This document shows, one piece after another, positions 1 through 10,088 of a stretch of 64,000 nucleotides of DNA (within the stretch, counting starts at the first letter, position 1; each line of letters begins with the position of its first letter). Source of the DNA: an uncultured Chloroflexia bacterium. Lineage in GTDB: Bacteria > Chloroflexota > Anaerolineae > B4-G1 > SLSP01. A program made the position numbers and the translations under genes. The stretch spans positions 96,001-160,000 of the forward strand of contig CAVVUS010000010.1 in the NCBI GenBank assembly GCA_963751345.1, written 5' to 3'. The notes beneath the pieces are model-generated. The model saw only the letters and a list, made by a program, of their open reading frames with translations. It was not told the DNA's origin and did not search any database.

Positions 1-360
1 CCGGTTCATCTCAATGGGGGTGAGATATCGCGGTAACCGCTCCGGAAGCCGGGGAGCATAGATCCGGCGGAAGAGGTTTTCGTCCCACGCATGTTGACGG
101 ACGAGGAAATCGCCAAACGCCCGGAGCTCGAAGACTCGGCGCGCGATACTGGCGCGCACGATGCCGTCTTCGTCCAGCCCTGCCATGTAGGCGCGCACCA
201 CGTCTCTATCCAGGCCGTCAAGCGTCGTGATGCCCTGTGTCGCGCAAGCATCCAGAAACTGCGCGATATCGGTTCCGTAGTTCTTTACCGTGTAGGGGGA
301 AGCGTTGCCCCGATCAAGCGACCTGAGATAGCGGTCCAGCCAATCGTGTAGGGCCGACAT
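1..360 (-). CDS. xerC: Tyrosine recombinase XerC/XerD family, N-terminal part (runs off window)
   Basis: Manual translation from ATG at 360 (not in ORF track): MSALHDWLDRYLRSL...SPYTVKNYGTDIAQFL...RASIARRVFELRAFGDFL...APRLPERLPRYLT, the core-binding domain pattern of Xer recombinases. Confidence 0.8.
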   Translation of the reverse strand, partial: MSALHDWLDRYLRSLDRGNASPYTVKNYGTDIAQFLDACATQGITTLDGLDRDVVRAYMAGLDEDGIVRASIARRVFELRAFGDFLVRQHAWDENLFRRIYAPRLPERLPRYLTPIEMNR

Positions 361-375
361 ATGCGAGGGAGCCTG

Positions 376-1221
376 CTAGTCGCTCTCTTGCTCCGCCTTG
401 AGCCTGTCGTAGACACTCAGGATGTTGGCCACGTGTAGTTGGTGGCTGGCGATACCCAGGGGCACGCGTTCCAGGCCGCACGCTTCCAGCGGGATGTCGA
501 AAATCTCCTTGCGGTCGCGTCTCTTCTTCAGGACCATCTCGGCCTGCCGGCGCACACATTCGAGGTAGTGTATGTATTCGTCCATCACCGTCTTGACCTC
601 ACCGCGGAGGATGACTTCCCCGTGGCCCTGGACGACAGTGTCCGGCTCCATCTCTTTGATGAGCTTCAGCGTAGCGATCTCTTGCTCCCAATCGCCATCC
701 GCGATGATTGGGATTGCCATCACGGCATCTCCGGCGATGAGGACCTCGTCCTGTTCGATGAAGATCCCGATATTGTCCGGCGTGTGGCCGGGCAGGGGAA
801 AGAGCCTCAATGTCTTGTCGCCGGTATCCAGGAAAACGTCACCTGAGCCGAATGTCACGGTCGGCAGGCGAAGCGTGACTTCCTCAAACGCTGGGTCCCC
901 CTCGCGCGCTTCGGCGAGTGAGGACTCGCCAACTTCCAGTAGCCGCTGGCGACACAACTCGGACCCGATCACATCCAATTGCTCGGGGAAGGCATACAGA
1001 CCGTAGACGTGATCCATATGGTGGTGGGTGAGGATCAGCGTGTGGAAATCCATACCGGAGCGGATCTCGAGAAAGCGGGCGATTTGCTTGGCCTCGTCTG
1101 GAAACGGAAGGCCGTCGACGACTATCGTCCCTTTCTCGGTGAGAATGGCAACGGAATTGACCATTGCGTAGCGATCACTTGTAAAAAGGAAGATCTCTTC
1201 AGAAACGCGTTCCCAGTACAT
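376..1221 (-). CDS. MBL-fold metallo-hydrolase
   Basis: THHHMDH metal motif, PGHT and AGD motifs. Confidence 0.9.
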   Translation of the reverse strand: MYWERVSEEIFLFTSDRYAMVNSVAILTEKGTIVVDGLPFPDEAKQIARFLEIRSGMDFHTLILTHHHMDHVYGLYAFPEQLDVIGSELCRQRLLEVGESSLAEAREGDPAFEEVTLRLPTVTFGSGDVFLDTGDKTLRLFPLPGHTPDNIGIFIEQDEVLIAGDAVMAIPIIADGDWEQEIATLKLIKEMEPDTVVQGHGEVILRGEVKTVMDEYIHYLECVRRQAEMVLKKRRDRKEIFDIPLEACGLERVPLGIASHQLHVANILSVYDRLKAEQESD

Positions 1222-1268
1222 GGACTCCTCAAGTGTACGTGCGGCGTTGAGCTAATTTCAGCCTTCTG

Positions 1269-1297
1269 AGGATAACATAGGCACCTGGCAAAGTCAA
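1269..1297 (-). promoter_or_regulatory. Sigma70-type promoter for the MBL hydrolase/xer genes
   Basis: TTGACT-N17-TATCCT on the minus strand. Confidence 0.55.
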
Positions 1298-1354
1298 GCC
1301 TACTTTACATAATATTGTACCCGTGCGGGCCTGATGGTCGTCGCCTGGCACACA

Positions 1355-1388
1355 AAGAGCCGCGCTGGGAATTCCCAGCGCGGCTCTT
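1355..1388 (-). terminator. Intrinsic terminator after 6S RNA
   Basis: Perfect palindrome AAGAGCCGCGCTGGGAATTCCCAGCGCGGCTCTT with a short T-rich tail on the minus strand. Confidence 0.7.
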
Positions 1389-1397
1389 ATAAGAGAG

Positions 1398-1570
1398 ACA
1401 CCCGCCGTGCCGTGCACCGTTGGCTTTGACCCTGCTTGCGCAGGTGGGTACCAGCCGGGTGATTCGGCCTTGCCCGAAGGCTATCGCGTCCTCTCCCAAG
1501 ACTTGTGGTTCCCGTATTTGTAAGGTGTTGGCTCAAAACCCCATATCGGTTCCACGCACACGGCAGGATT
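1398..1570 (-). ncRNA. ssrS: 6S RNA (SsrS)
   Basis: About 170 nt ORF-free unit. 5' CCUGCCGUGUGCGUG pairs with 3' CACGGCACGGCGGG. Contains UUGAGCCAACACC, ACGGGAACC and GGUACCCACCUGCGCAAGCAGGGUCAA, motifs resembling Terrabacteria 6S RNAs. Has its own promoter and terminator. Ends are approximate. Confidence 0.78.
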
Positions 1571-1576
1571 GACGCT

Positions 1577-1604
1577 AATATACCATAAACCGTCTCTCTG
1601 ACAA
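1577..1604 (-). promoter_or_regulatory. Promoter of putative 6S RNA
   Basis: TTGTCA-N16-TATATT with TGn extended -10. Confidence 0.6.
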
Positions 1605-1640
1605 GGTTTCACGTCCGACTTATCTTCAGGATCTCGGGGA

Positions 1641-2814
1641 CTAGAACGCCTCCAGCGCCTGCCGCATTACCCGGAGCCAGTTCCCACCCATGATGCCCTC
1701 GATGTCACCCTCGCTGTACCCTCGCTCGCGCAGCAGCGCTGCGACTTTGAACAGATCCGCCACAGACGTCAGCCCCGCCGGTGCTGATGCCTGGCCGAAC
1801 CCTCCGTCGAGGTCTGAGCCGAGCCCTGCGGCTTCCGCATGGCCGGCAAGCTGGCAGACGTAGTCGATGACCTCCACAAGGCGTGAGAGTGGGACGCGGG
1901 TCTGCCCGCGATGCCACCCCGGCACCAACATCCGATTGTAGGCCACCGCGCCGATCACACCCTCGCGCTCGACGATCCGCCGGATCATGTCATCGGATAA
2001 CATCCGCGGGGCATCCACAAAGGCGCGCGGATTCGCGTGGGTTGCCACGACCGGGCCGGGGTAACGGTCCAGTAGGGTGTGCGCGGCCTCATCCCATAGG
2101 TGGCTCAGATCGGCCACCAGGTTGTAGTCCGCCATCGCGTGGAGCAGGGCCTCGCCTGCGTCTGTCAGTGGACCGGGGCTGGCATTGCCTCCGGCATAGC
2201 GCGTGCCCGCCGACCACGTCAGCCCTATCCCGCGCAGACCGCGTTCGACCCACCATTCCAGCGAGTTGGGATCGAGAATGGGCTCGGCGCCCTCCATCAC
2301 CACAAAGACGCCCACGATCGGCGCCTCAGACGTCCAACTCTCGAGCACGCGGTCCAGGGTGCCCGCAGTTGTCGATGATCTCGACATCTTCACGCTCATC
2401 GGCGACGCGCCGGTAATAGTCCAATTGCTCCACGCCTTGATCGTGCGCCTCTTCCGGGGTGTGATACGTCGCGGTGGGGCGTGGGTGCGACTTCTTGCCC
2501 GGTTCTACGAAGATGCTCCCGCCGATCACGGCAACGCGTCCTTCCCGTAGGGTGGGCCAGCTCATCATAGGGATCCCTGCGTGAGGGTCGGCGACCGGGT
2601 GCATCTGCTCCGCCTCCCGGAGCTCACCGACCGTCCGGCTCAGGTCGCGTCCCAGCGTAACTGCGTTGTATGCTACGTCGATGTGGGCGTCCACGATGGG
2701 GAAGTGGAGAGCAGGGGCTCCCTGTTGGTCATCGGCGGCATGGGGTTGGACATCAGATGTCGGGTGTGGGTCACCGTAGGCCGGTAGTGGATCGTCGGTT
2801 CGCCGATTCTTCAT
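1641..2814 (-). CDS. Membrane dipeptidase, peptidase M19 (frameshift near 2370, probable sequencing error)
   Basis: ORFs 2326-2814 (DAHID) and 1641-2399 (MEGA, DLSH, THAN, GLGSDLDGG, GGNWLR) join into one M19 enzyme. Confidence 0.85.
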
Positions 2815-2862
2815 TCTCTCATTCTCCGTTCTCGATTCTGCGGTTCTTCCATTCTCTTCCTA
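2806..2862. repeat. Degenerate 7/8-mer tandem repeat (ATTCTnn)
   Basis: ATTCTTC ATTCTCTC ATTCTCC GTTCTCG ATTCTGCG GTTCTTCC ATTCTC. Confidence 0.6.
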
Positions 2863-2872
2863 CTTCCGGCAT

Positions 2873-2902
2873 TTGACAATCGCCGCCACGTCGCAGTATA
2901 CT
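2873..2902 (+). promoter_or_regulatory. Sigma70-type promoter of FHA gene
   Basis: TTGACA-N18-TATACT. Confidence 0.6.
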
Positions 2903-2948
2903 TTGACGCACGCGCAGGGTCCCAAAGCCCGAGTGGCAGGAGGTGGGG

Positions 2949-3684
2949 ATGCAGAGACAGAGGGAACATACGTTGGTGGTCACGGAGGGACCGAACGTCG
3001 GTGAGCGTTATCCGCTCCTCGACATGGTATCCACATTGGGTCGGACGTCCGACAACACCATCGTGTTTGAGAGCTCACAGGTCTCGCGACATCACGCACA
3101 GATTCGTCTGCTGCCCGCTGGGGCCGTGATCGAGGATATGGGAAGCACCAACGGTACCTATATCAACAACCGCAGGCTCGTCGAGCCCCACACCCTCTCT
3201 CCTGGAGATCGAGTTCGAATTGCGGATTACGTCACTCTTGAGTACGTCGTGCGCGATGTGTCGAAAACGGAGAATATGGCGGGCACAGTTGTGGCGGGTT
3301 CGACCCAGGCGATGGATGAAGCCTGGCGGATATGAGTCGCCTCCCCCGCCCACACAGCGGCCCTACCGGCAGCCCGAGGATGTTGAGCTTCCATCCCCGT
3401 TCTATCCTCAGCAACCGGTCTACGAGCAACCCGTCCCGCCGGTGGCCTACAACGCGCCGGTTCACAGTGCTCCGGTGGAACCGCCCGACGCGGAGCCTCC
3501 CGCGCCCAGGCGATCCAGGGGGCTCTATGTCGTCATTGGCGTGCTTGTCGTCCTGATTTGCCTATGCATCGCGCTGGCGGTCTATCTGTGGTTCGCGCCA
3601 CTTTCGTTTTGGCAGAGGGTCTTCGACCTTTTGGGCATCCCCCTGCCCTCAGGCGCTCTGATCGAACTGATCCCCCACTTGTAG
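2949..3684 (+). CDS. FHA-domain membrane protein (frameshift near 3320)
   Basis: GR, VSRHHA, DMGSTNGTYIN FHA motifs; continues in ORF 3220-3684 as a Pro-rich linker and C-terminal TM helix. Confidence 0.85.
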
Positions 3685-3744
3685 ATGAGCCCTAGACTGG
3701 GGACGTGTCCCCAGCATTTTCCGCGCAGCCCTTTAGAGAAGCGC

Positions 3745-4203
3745 TCAGACCTCGATGACTTTCAATGCCAGATCCGCCGTCGAGAGCGGCTTCACCTTGA
3801 CCTCCGCATCGGCCAACCGTCCCGCTTCATCGATCACAAAGTGACTGCGAATCAGACCCATACGGGTCGTGCCGAACGTCTGCTTCTCACCCCAGGCCCC
3901 GTAGGCCTCCGCGACCTCGTGATCCGGGTCCGACAGGAGGACGAAAGGCAGATCGTGCTTCTCACGGAACTTAACCAGCTTCTCCGGGTCATCCGGGCTG
4001 ATGCCGACCACGACGGCATCCTTGGCCTCGATCTGAGGATAGACATCCCGCAGGGCGCACGCCTGCTGTGTGCAGCCTGGCGTGTCGGCTGCGGGGTAGA
4101 AGTACAACACCACCTTGTGTCCTTTGAAATCAGACAGTTTGACGCTCTCCCCTTTGTCGGACGTAAGTTCGAACTCCGGCGCCTTCTCACCTACCTGAAC
4201 CAT
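3745..4203 (-). CDS. bcp: Thioredoxin-dependent peroxiredoxin (BCP/PrxQ)
   Basis: LYFYPAADTPGCTQQAC motif. Confidence 0.95.
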   Translation of the reverse strand: MVQVGEKAPEFELTSDKGESVKLSDFKGHKVVLYFYPAADTPGCTQQACALRDVYPQIEAKDAVVVGISPDDPEKLVKFREKHDLPFVLLSDPDHEVAEAYGAWGEKQTFGTTRMGLIRSHFVIDEAGRLADAEVKVKPLSTADLALKVIEV

Positions 4204-4369
4204 CGTTGCCTCCTCTCGTCGTTTCGCTATGAGCCCGCACCGATTAAGTAAACTGATATCTATTTTACTGCGGTTGCTTGAGAAATCAACTCCTGCTACA
4301 ATCGTTGCTCATCGTCCGATTATGGCGCGGTTTTCGTAGCTGGTATGTGTCGACGATGAGGGAGGAAGC

Positions 4370-4585
4370 GTGATCATCCTCAAATTCCTGCGAGCCGCAA
4401 GCGAGTTTCTCGCCCAACGCAAAGGACTCCCCGTCCTGGTGGGTGTGGGACTCGTCCTGCTCAATCTCGTCATCAGTTTCCTGCCTGCCTGGCCCATAGT
4501 GGGGTGGCTCGCCGAGACGGATCTGCTGCTTCAATTGGGCGTGATCATCGGCCTTCTCGGCGTCCTTGTCGGGGATGCCCTGTAG
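4370..4585 (+). CDS. Small two-TM membrane protein
   Basis: GGAGG RBS, GTG start, two hydrophobic helices. Confidence 0.7.
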   Translation: MIILKFLRAASEFLAQRKGLPVLVGVGLVLLNLVISFLPAWPIVGWLAETDLLLQLGVIIGLLGVLVGDAL

Positions 4586-4745
4586 GCAGACCGCCACCTC
4601 CGGGCCGGTACCGGTCGCACCTGTCCCACGTCACCGATCGTTACAGTTACGTTACGAGCACATTGGCACATGCATCACCCCTTGCGGCATGAGGCCGGAT
4701 CCTCTATAATGGAATCATCGTGACACCATCATTGAAGGAGTCGAG

Positions 4746-5247
4746 ATGATCAAGGCCCTCTTGCGAATCTGCCTATTCTTGGTTGTGGTTGGCCTGTCGC
4801 TGGGATCAGCGCAGATAGTAGCCGCGAGCGGGGTCGCGGGTGCCGGTGGTTGGGAGATCCTCGGTCAGCATACGGTCAAGGTCGGCGAGAGCCTCTACTG
4901 CATTGGTCGTGCCTATGGCGTCGATCCGGCGGCGATCGCGACGCAGAACGATGTCGCCAACCCGAGCATCATTCACCCGGGCGATGTTCTCAGTATCCCC
5001 GACGTCTCCAAGACGCTGCCACCCGGTCCGGTCTGCACGCCCCAGTTCGGCGACATCCCCGAGCCGCCCCCCCGAACCGCGCCTGCGGGGGCTGCAACTG
5101 TCGCTGTGACCCACGGTCGTCCGGTGGGGCAATACGCTGAGTTGGCTCTCCCTCTATTACGGCACGGATATATGGTCGATTGCCCAGTGCAACTGCATCC
5201 GCGACCCCAACTTCATCCGCGCCGGCGAGACGCTCTGTATCCCATAG
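4746..5247 (+). CDS. Secreted Cys-rich protein with two LysM domains (frameshifted near 5070-5120)
   Basis: Signal peptide; LysM1 HTVKVGESLYCIGRAYGV...IHPGDVLSIP; LysM2 in another frame VVRWGNTLSWLSLYYGTDIWSIAQCNCIRDPNFIRAGETLCIP, stop at 5247. Confidence 0.8.
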
Positions 5248-5314
5248 CCTCTTGTCACAGACCTTGCGCAGGTGGTCCGAGTCTGCTTGGGCCACCTGCG
5301 CAAGGTGCGGAAGC

Positions 5315-6466
5315 TTACACCTTCTCCATCGGATCGAAGAGCTTGGCATACTCCTGCAGCGCGTAGCGATCCGTCATCCCTGCGATGTAGTCGCATACGA
5401 CGCGATGGAGTGACCGCGACTCCAGCTTGGCCTGTTCCTCGTAGGGCAGTTGCCGCGGTTCCGCTACGTAGGCCTCGAAGATCGCACCGATGATCCGCTC
5501 GGCTTTGATCTGCATCCGCATGACCCGCGGGTGCCGGTAGAGCCTCTCCAACAGGAAGCGCTTGAGTTCCGCCAGCTTGTCGAACATCGCCGGCGAGAGC
5601 GCGACGACGTTGTCGGGCAGCGCGCGTATGTCGTCGGGAGACGACGCACCGGCGGCCTCCAGGCGTCTTCCCGTCTCTCCGATGACATCGTGGATCAGGA
5701 GACCCAGCAGCCGTCGCACAATGCGGTGACGCCACATGCTATCATAATCGGTTTCGTCCCAGCCGACGCTTTCCTTGACTTCTTCCCACAGCCGGATCCC
5801 CGCGAGGTCGCGGGGTCGGATCAGGCCCGAGTAAAGCCCATCGTCCAGGTCGTGTGCGCTATAAGCGAGGTCGTCCGCCGGGTTGGCGAGCTGCGCCTCC
5901 AGCGTCCCACGCAGGTGCGGCGCGAACCGCGTGCCGTCGGCCACGTCATAGGACGTCTCGTGCTTGACGATGCCCTCCAGCGTTTCCCACGAGAGATTGA
6001 GCCCCGCGAAGGTCGGGTAGCGCTGCTCCAGCCTCTCCACGATGCGCAGTGACTGTTTGTTGTGGTCGAAGCCGCCGTGACCCTCCATCAGCCGGTTGAG
6101 GATATGTTCTCCGGCGTGGCCGAAGGTGGGGTGGCCCAGGTCGTGTGCCAGGCAGACGGCCTCGACGAGCACCTCGTTGGCGCCCAGCGCCGTCGCCAAT
6201 GAGCGACCGATCTGCGCGACCTCCAGCGTGTGCGTCAGCCGCGTCCGATAGTAGTCGCCCTCGGTATAGACGAAGACCTGGGTCTTGTACTCCAGCCGCC
6301 GAAAGGCGTTGGTATGCAGGATGCGGTCGCGGTCTCGCTGGAAGCACGTTCGATAGATGGCTTCCTCTTCCGGGTAGGCGCGTCCCCGCGAGTCACGGCT
6401 GTGAAAGCCGTACGGTGCCAAGGTCGTCATCTCACCGTCTTCGAGATCCCTACGTGTGAAGAACAT
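5315..6466 (-). CDS. dgt: dGTP triphosphohydrolase (HD superfamily)
   Basis: FQRDRDRI, RRLEYKTQV, RTRLTHTLEV, AHDLGH, DYIAGMTD motifs. Confidence 0.95.
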   Translation of the reverse strand: MFFTRRDLEDGEMTTLAPYGFHSRDSRGRAYPEEEAIYRTCFQRDRDRILHTNAFRRLEYKTQVFVYTEGDYYRTRLTHTLEVAQIGRSLATALGANEVLVEAVCLAHDLGHPTFGHAGEHILNRLMEGHGGFDHNKQSLRIVERLEQRYPTFAGLNLSWETLEGIVKHETSYDVADGTRFAPHLRGTLEAQLANPADDLAYSAHDLDDGLYSGLIRPRDLAGIRLWEEVKESVGWDETDYDSMWRHRIVRRLLGLLIHDVIGETGRRLEAAGASSPDDIRALPDNVVALSPAMFDKLAELKRFLLERLYRHPRVMRMQIKAERIIGAIFEAYVAEPRQLPYEEQAKLESRSLHRVVCDYIAGMTDRYALQEYAKLFDPMEKV

Positions 6467-6476
6467 AGCCCCATCC

Positions 6477-6887
6477 TTAGTGACTGATTTGCACCGCGAT
6501 CAAGCTGATGATCAAGGCGATGACCAAGGTGATGGCGATGAAGATGGCGAGTTTGCGCTCCAGCCCCGTGGGCCTCACGAGCCGTCCTGAGATCCACAGG
6601 AAGGTACCGCCTGCCAGGCCGAGCCCCATCAACACGCCGATGGTATAGACGACCGCCGTCGTCATGAGGCGCGGGAGGTCGATCGTGATGATCAGCCTGC
6701 CGAAGACCGCGATCGAGAAACGGCTGCCCAGGAAGGCGTATGCTCCGGCGATCAGCAGCGCAGAGACAATCATCAAGATCCCCAGCGTGCGCCGGCTGCC
6801 GCGGTCGACGAACCAGGTGATGGCACCCAGGCCGAGCAGCGCCAGGGCGAAGGTGAAGATCAGGATCGAGAGGAACTCGATGGCCAT
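6477..6887 (-). CDS. Hypothetical integral membrane protein
   Basis: About four TM helices, GGAGG RBS, directly upstream of dgt. Confidence 0.75.
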   Translation of the reverse strand: MAIEFLSILIFTFALALLGLGAITWFVDRGSRRTLGILMIVSALLIAGAYAFLGSRFSIAVFGRLIITIDLPRLMTTAVVYTIGVLMGLGLAGGTFLWISGRLVRPTGLERKLAIFIAITLVIALIISLIAVQISH

Positions 6888-7079
6888 TGGAGCCTCCCCG
6901 TAGGTGCCCCGTTCGGGGCATCAGCAAGACGCAGAACAGCGGTCATCGATTGTATGATAGGCGAGAAGACGAGGGCCGTCAAAACCTTATGTCGGAAACG
7001 TTCTCAAGATGACCTTCGCAAGACGTCGAGAACCTGCCGGGACTCGCGAATGCGCTCACTTCCAGGTATAATGCTTTCC

Positions 7080-8033
7080 ATGGAAAAGGAACGTTTGCAG
7101 AAGATACTGGCACGGGCGGGCTATGGATCTCGCCGTGGATGCGAGGAGATGATCGAGGCCGGGCGCGTCAGCGTCGATGGGCGGGTGGCCAAGTTGGGCG
7201 ACCAGGCCGATCCCGAGACGCAGCGCATCACGGTGGATGGCACGCCGATCCCCAAGCTCGAACCGTTTGTCTACGTCATGCTCAACAAACCACGTGGTGT
7301 TGTGACCACGACCCAGGACCCCCACGGGCGCAAGACGGTCACGGATTTGGTCGCGCTTCCGAAGCCGAGGCGCGGGGATCCTCCCCGTCTCTATCCCGTC
7401 GGGCGCCTGGATTACGACAGCGAAGGCCTCCTGTTGATGACCAACGACGGCGTGCTTACCCAGCGGATGACCCATCCCAGCTACGAACACCCTCGGACCT
7501 ACCGGGTGCTGGTTGAGGGCGAGCCCGATGCTGCCGCCCTCGATCGCTGGCAGCGCGGCATCACCTTGGACGGACGCTTGACGCGTTTCGACAGTGTCGC
7601 CCTGGAGGAGCAGCGACGTGACGAGGCATGGCTGCGGGTCACCGTACATGAAGGGCGAAAACACCTGGTCCGCCGGATGGTCGCTGCCTTGGGTTACCCT
7701 CCCAAGCGTCTGATTCGTGTCTCGATGGGGCCGCTCCAACTCGGGTCGCTCGACTCCGGGAAATGGCGCTATCTCAGCGAATCCGAAGTGGGCCTCCTGC
7801 GCAAGGAGGGCATTGTAGATCGGGCGCGTCGCGGCAGCTCTCGACCCGCTGGACGCCGGGGCGGCGGCGCCCGCCGGTCCTCCGGATCTCGCCAGTCCTC
7901 TGGCGCCCGCCAGTCTCCTGGCGCTCGGCCCTCGCCGACCGCCGACGGTGCGGCCGCGGCCAGTCGAGGTCGCGGAGAGACCACAAGTGATGCCGTCGAC
8001 GATTGCGATCGACGGGCCGGCTGCATCCGGTAA
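7080..8033 (+). CDS. rluB: rRNA pseudouridine synthase, RluB/RsuA family
   Basis: S4 domain ERLQKILARAGYGSRR, NKPRG, GRLD catalytic motif, EGRKH. Low-complexity basic tail, so the end is uncertain. Confidence 0.9.
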   Translation: MEKERLQKILARAGYGSRRGCEEMIEAGRVSVDGRVAKLGDQADPETQRITVDGTPIPKLEPFVYVMLNKPRGVVTTTQDPHGRKTVTDLVALPKPRRGDPPRLYPVGRLDYDSEGLLLMTNDGVLTQRMTHPSYEHPRTYRVLVEGEPDAAALDRWQRGITLDGRLTRFDSVALEEQRRDEAWLRVTVHEGRKHLVRRMVAALGYPPKRLIRVSMGPLQLGSLDSGKWRYLSESEVGLLRKEGIVDRARRGSSRPAGRRGGGARRSSGSRQSSGARQSPGARPSPTADGAAAASRGRGETTSDAVDDCDRRAGCIR

Positions 8034-8685
8034 GAGCACGATTGGCTTTCATCTCGCAAAAGGCCTCGATTACTTGTTCCTTGATACCGGGGTGCTCTAC
8101 CGCGCTGCCACGTGGGCCGTGCAGGACCGGGGGATCGATATCGAGGATGAGGCAGCGGTCACTCGCCTGGTCCGCGAGGTCGACATCGAGGTTCTGCCGC
8201 CCACACTGTCCGACGGGCGCCAGTGCACGGTGCGGGTCGATGGGCACGACGTGAGTTGGGAGATCCGCTCCCCGCGCGTCGAGAGCGCGGTCTCGCCCGT
8301 GTCGGCCTATCCGGGTGTGCGGGAGGCGCTCACCTGCCGGATGCGTCAGATTGCCAAGGCCGGGCGCGTGGTCATGGTGGGGCGCGACATCGGCACCGTC
8401 GTGATCCCCGATGCCGATCTCAAGCTCTACGTGGTCGCGTCGGCGGAGGAGCGGGCGCATCGCCGCCATCTCGAACTGCAGGCCAAGGGCAAGGATGTCA
8501 CCTACGCCCAGGTGTTGGCCGGCATTCACGAGCGCGACCGGATCGACAGCCATCGCAAGACCGCTCCGTTGCGCGCGGCGCCCGATGCCATCCTGTTTGA
8601 CACAACCTCGCTCTCTATCGAGGCGATGTTTGATGAGACCCAAAAGCTTGTGGACAGATACAACAATCAAGGAGTAGAGGGATGA
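7990..8685 (+). CDS. cmk: Cytidylate kinase
   Basis: IAIDGPAASGKST, DTGVLYRA, GRDIGTVV. Confidence 0.95.
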   Translation: MPSTIAIDGPAASGKSTIGFHLAKGLDYLFLDTGVLYRAATWAVQDRGIDIEDEAAVTRLVREVDIEVLPPTLSDGRQCTVRVDGHDVSWEIRSPRVESAVSPVSAYPGVREALTCRMRQIAKAGRVVMVGRDIGTVVIPDADLKLYVVASAEERAHRRHLELQAKGKDVTYAQVLAGIHERDRIDSHRKTAPLRAAPDAILFDTTSLSIEAMFDETQKLVDRYNNQGVEG

Positions 8686-10088
8686 CGGAATCGGCTTTCG
8701 ATGTCGTCGTGATAGGCGGGGGCCCCGGTGGATACGTGGCTGCGATTCGGGCGGCCCAGCTTGGCATGAGTGTCGGCCTCGTCGAACGCGAGAGACTGGG
8801 TGGCGTCTGCTTGAACTGGGGATGTATTCCCACCAAGGCGCTCTTGCGCAACGCTGAGGTGGCGCGCCTCGTCACGGGTGGCGGCAGGGAGTTTGGGTTC
8901 AAGGCTGATAACGTTGTGCTGGATTACGCTGCTGCCGTGGAGCGCAGTCGCAAGGTCTCCGCCCGTCTTGTCAAGGGCGTCGAGGCGCTGATGAAAGGGA
9001 ATAGCATCGTTGTGATTGAAGGAGAAGGACGCTTGAAGTCCGCGACGGAGGTTGAGGTCACGTCGTCTGATGGCACCACACAGACGCTCAAGACAGGTTC
9101 GATTATCCTGGCGACCGGTGCGCGTGCGCGCACGATCCCGGGGATGGAGGTGGATGGTGAGCGTGTCCTGACCTACCGCGAGGCGCTCGACCGGCGCGCG
9201 TTGCCCGCGTCCGCCGTGGTGATCGGCGCCGGGCCGATCGGGCTCGAGTTTGCCACCATCTGGAGTGCCTATGGCGCCGACGTCCGGGTAGTGGAGATGA
9301 TGGATCACCTGCTGCCCGCCGAGGACGAGCAGGCCGCCGCCGAGTTGGGCCGCTACCTGCGCCGGCAGAAGGTCAAGGTCATGCCCTCTACCCGCGTCCA
9401 GTCCATCGCCACCAACGAAGAGGGTGTGCGCGTGCACGTCTCGGGTCCTGAGGGTGACGACGACCTGGAGGCCGAGGTGGCCCTCGTGGCCATCGGCGTG
9501 CGCCCCAACAGTGAGAACCTTGGCCTTGACGACGTGGGTGTGACCACCGAGCGAGGGTGGATCGTGGTCGACGATATGATGCGGACCAGTGTCCCCGGTA
9601 TCTACGCCATCGGTGACGTCAATGGTCGCCTGCCTCTGGCCCACGTGGCATCGACCCAGGGCATCCTCGCGGTTGAGGCCATCGCGGAACGCGATCCCTC
9701 GCCCTTTGACGTACGTTTCGTCCCGAAGGGAACCTACACCTCGCCGCAGGTGGCTTCCTTCGGCATGACCGAGGCGGACGCGCGCGAGGCACTCCCCGAG
9801 GTTGCTGTGGGCACGTTCCCCTTCCTGCCGAACGGCAAGGCGTTGGCGCTCGGCGAGAACGCGGGCTTTGTCAAGATCATCTCCGACGCCACGACCCACG
9901 AGATCGTGGGGGCCGTGATTGTGGGCCCTGAAGCCACGGAGATCCTGCCGGAGCTGGTGCTTGCGGCCAGGTCGGAGCTGACCCCCGAGGAAGTCGCTTC
10001 TACCGTGCACGCACATCCCACCCTCAACGAGGCCGTGATGGAGGCTGCCCACGCCGTTTTCGGTGCGGCGATACACTACATTGACTAG
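8682..10088 (+). CDS. lpdA: Dihydrolipoyl dehydrogenase
   Basis: GGGPGGY, GGVCLNWGCIPTK, HAHPTLNE. Confidence 0.95.
   Translation: MTESAFDVVVIGGGPGGYVAAIRAAQLGMSVGLVERERLGGVCLNWGCIPTKALLRNAEVARLVTGGGREFGFKADNVVLDYAAAVERSRKVSARLVKGVEALMKGNSIVVIEGEGRLKSATEVEVTSSDGTTQTLKTGSIILATGARARTIPGMEVDGERVLTYREALDRRALPASAVVIGAGPIGLEFATIWSAYGADVRVVEMMDHLLPAEDEQAAAELGRYLRRQKVKVMPSTRVQSIATNEEGVRVHVSGPEGDDDLEAEVALVAIGVRPNSENLGLDDVGVTTERGWIVVDDMMRTSVPGIYAIGDVNGRLPLAHVASTQGILAVEAIAERDPSPFDVRFVPKGTYTSPQVASFGMTEADAREALPEVAVGTFPFLPNGKALALGENAGFVKIISDATTHEIVGAVIVGPEATEILPELVLAARSELTPEEVASTVHAHPTLNEAVMEAAHAVFGAAIHYID

Noticed and set aside
1-360. Tyrosine recombinase as integrase of the 27-34 kb island
   Set aside because: It is 27 kb away among housekeeping genes and looks like chromosomal XerC/D; no att repeats were seen.
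7810-8033. Repetitive Arg/Ser/Gly tail of RluB
   Set aside because: Basic low-complexity tails are common in this family, and the overlap with cmk may reflect another indel.
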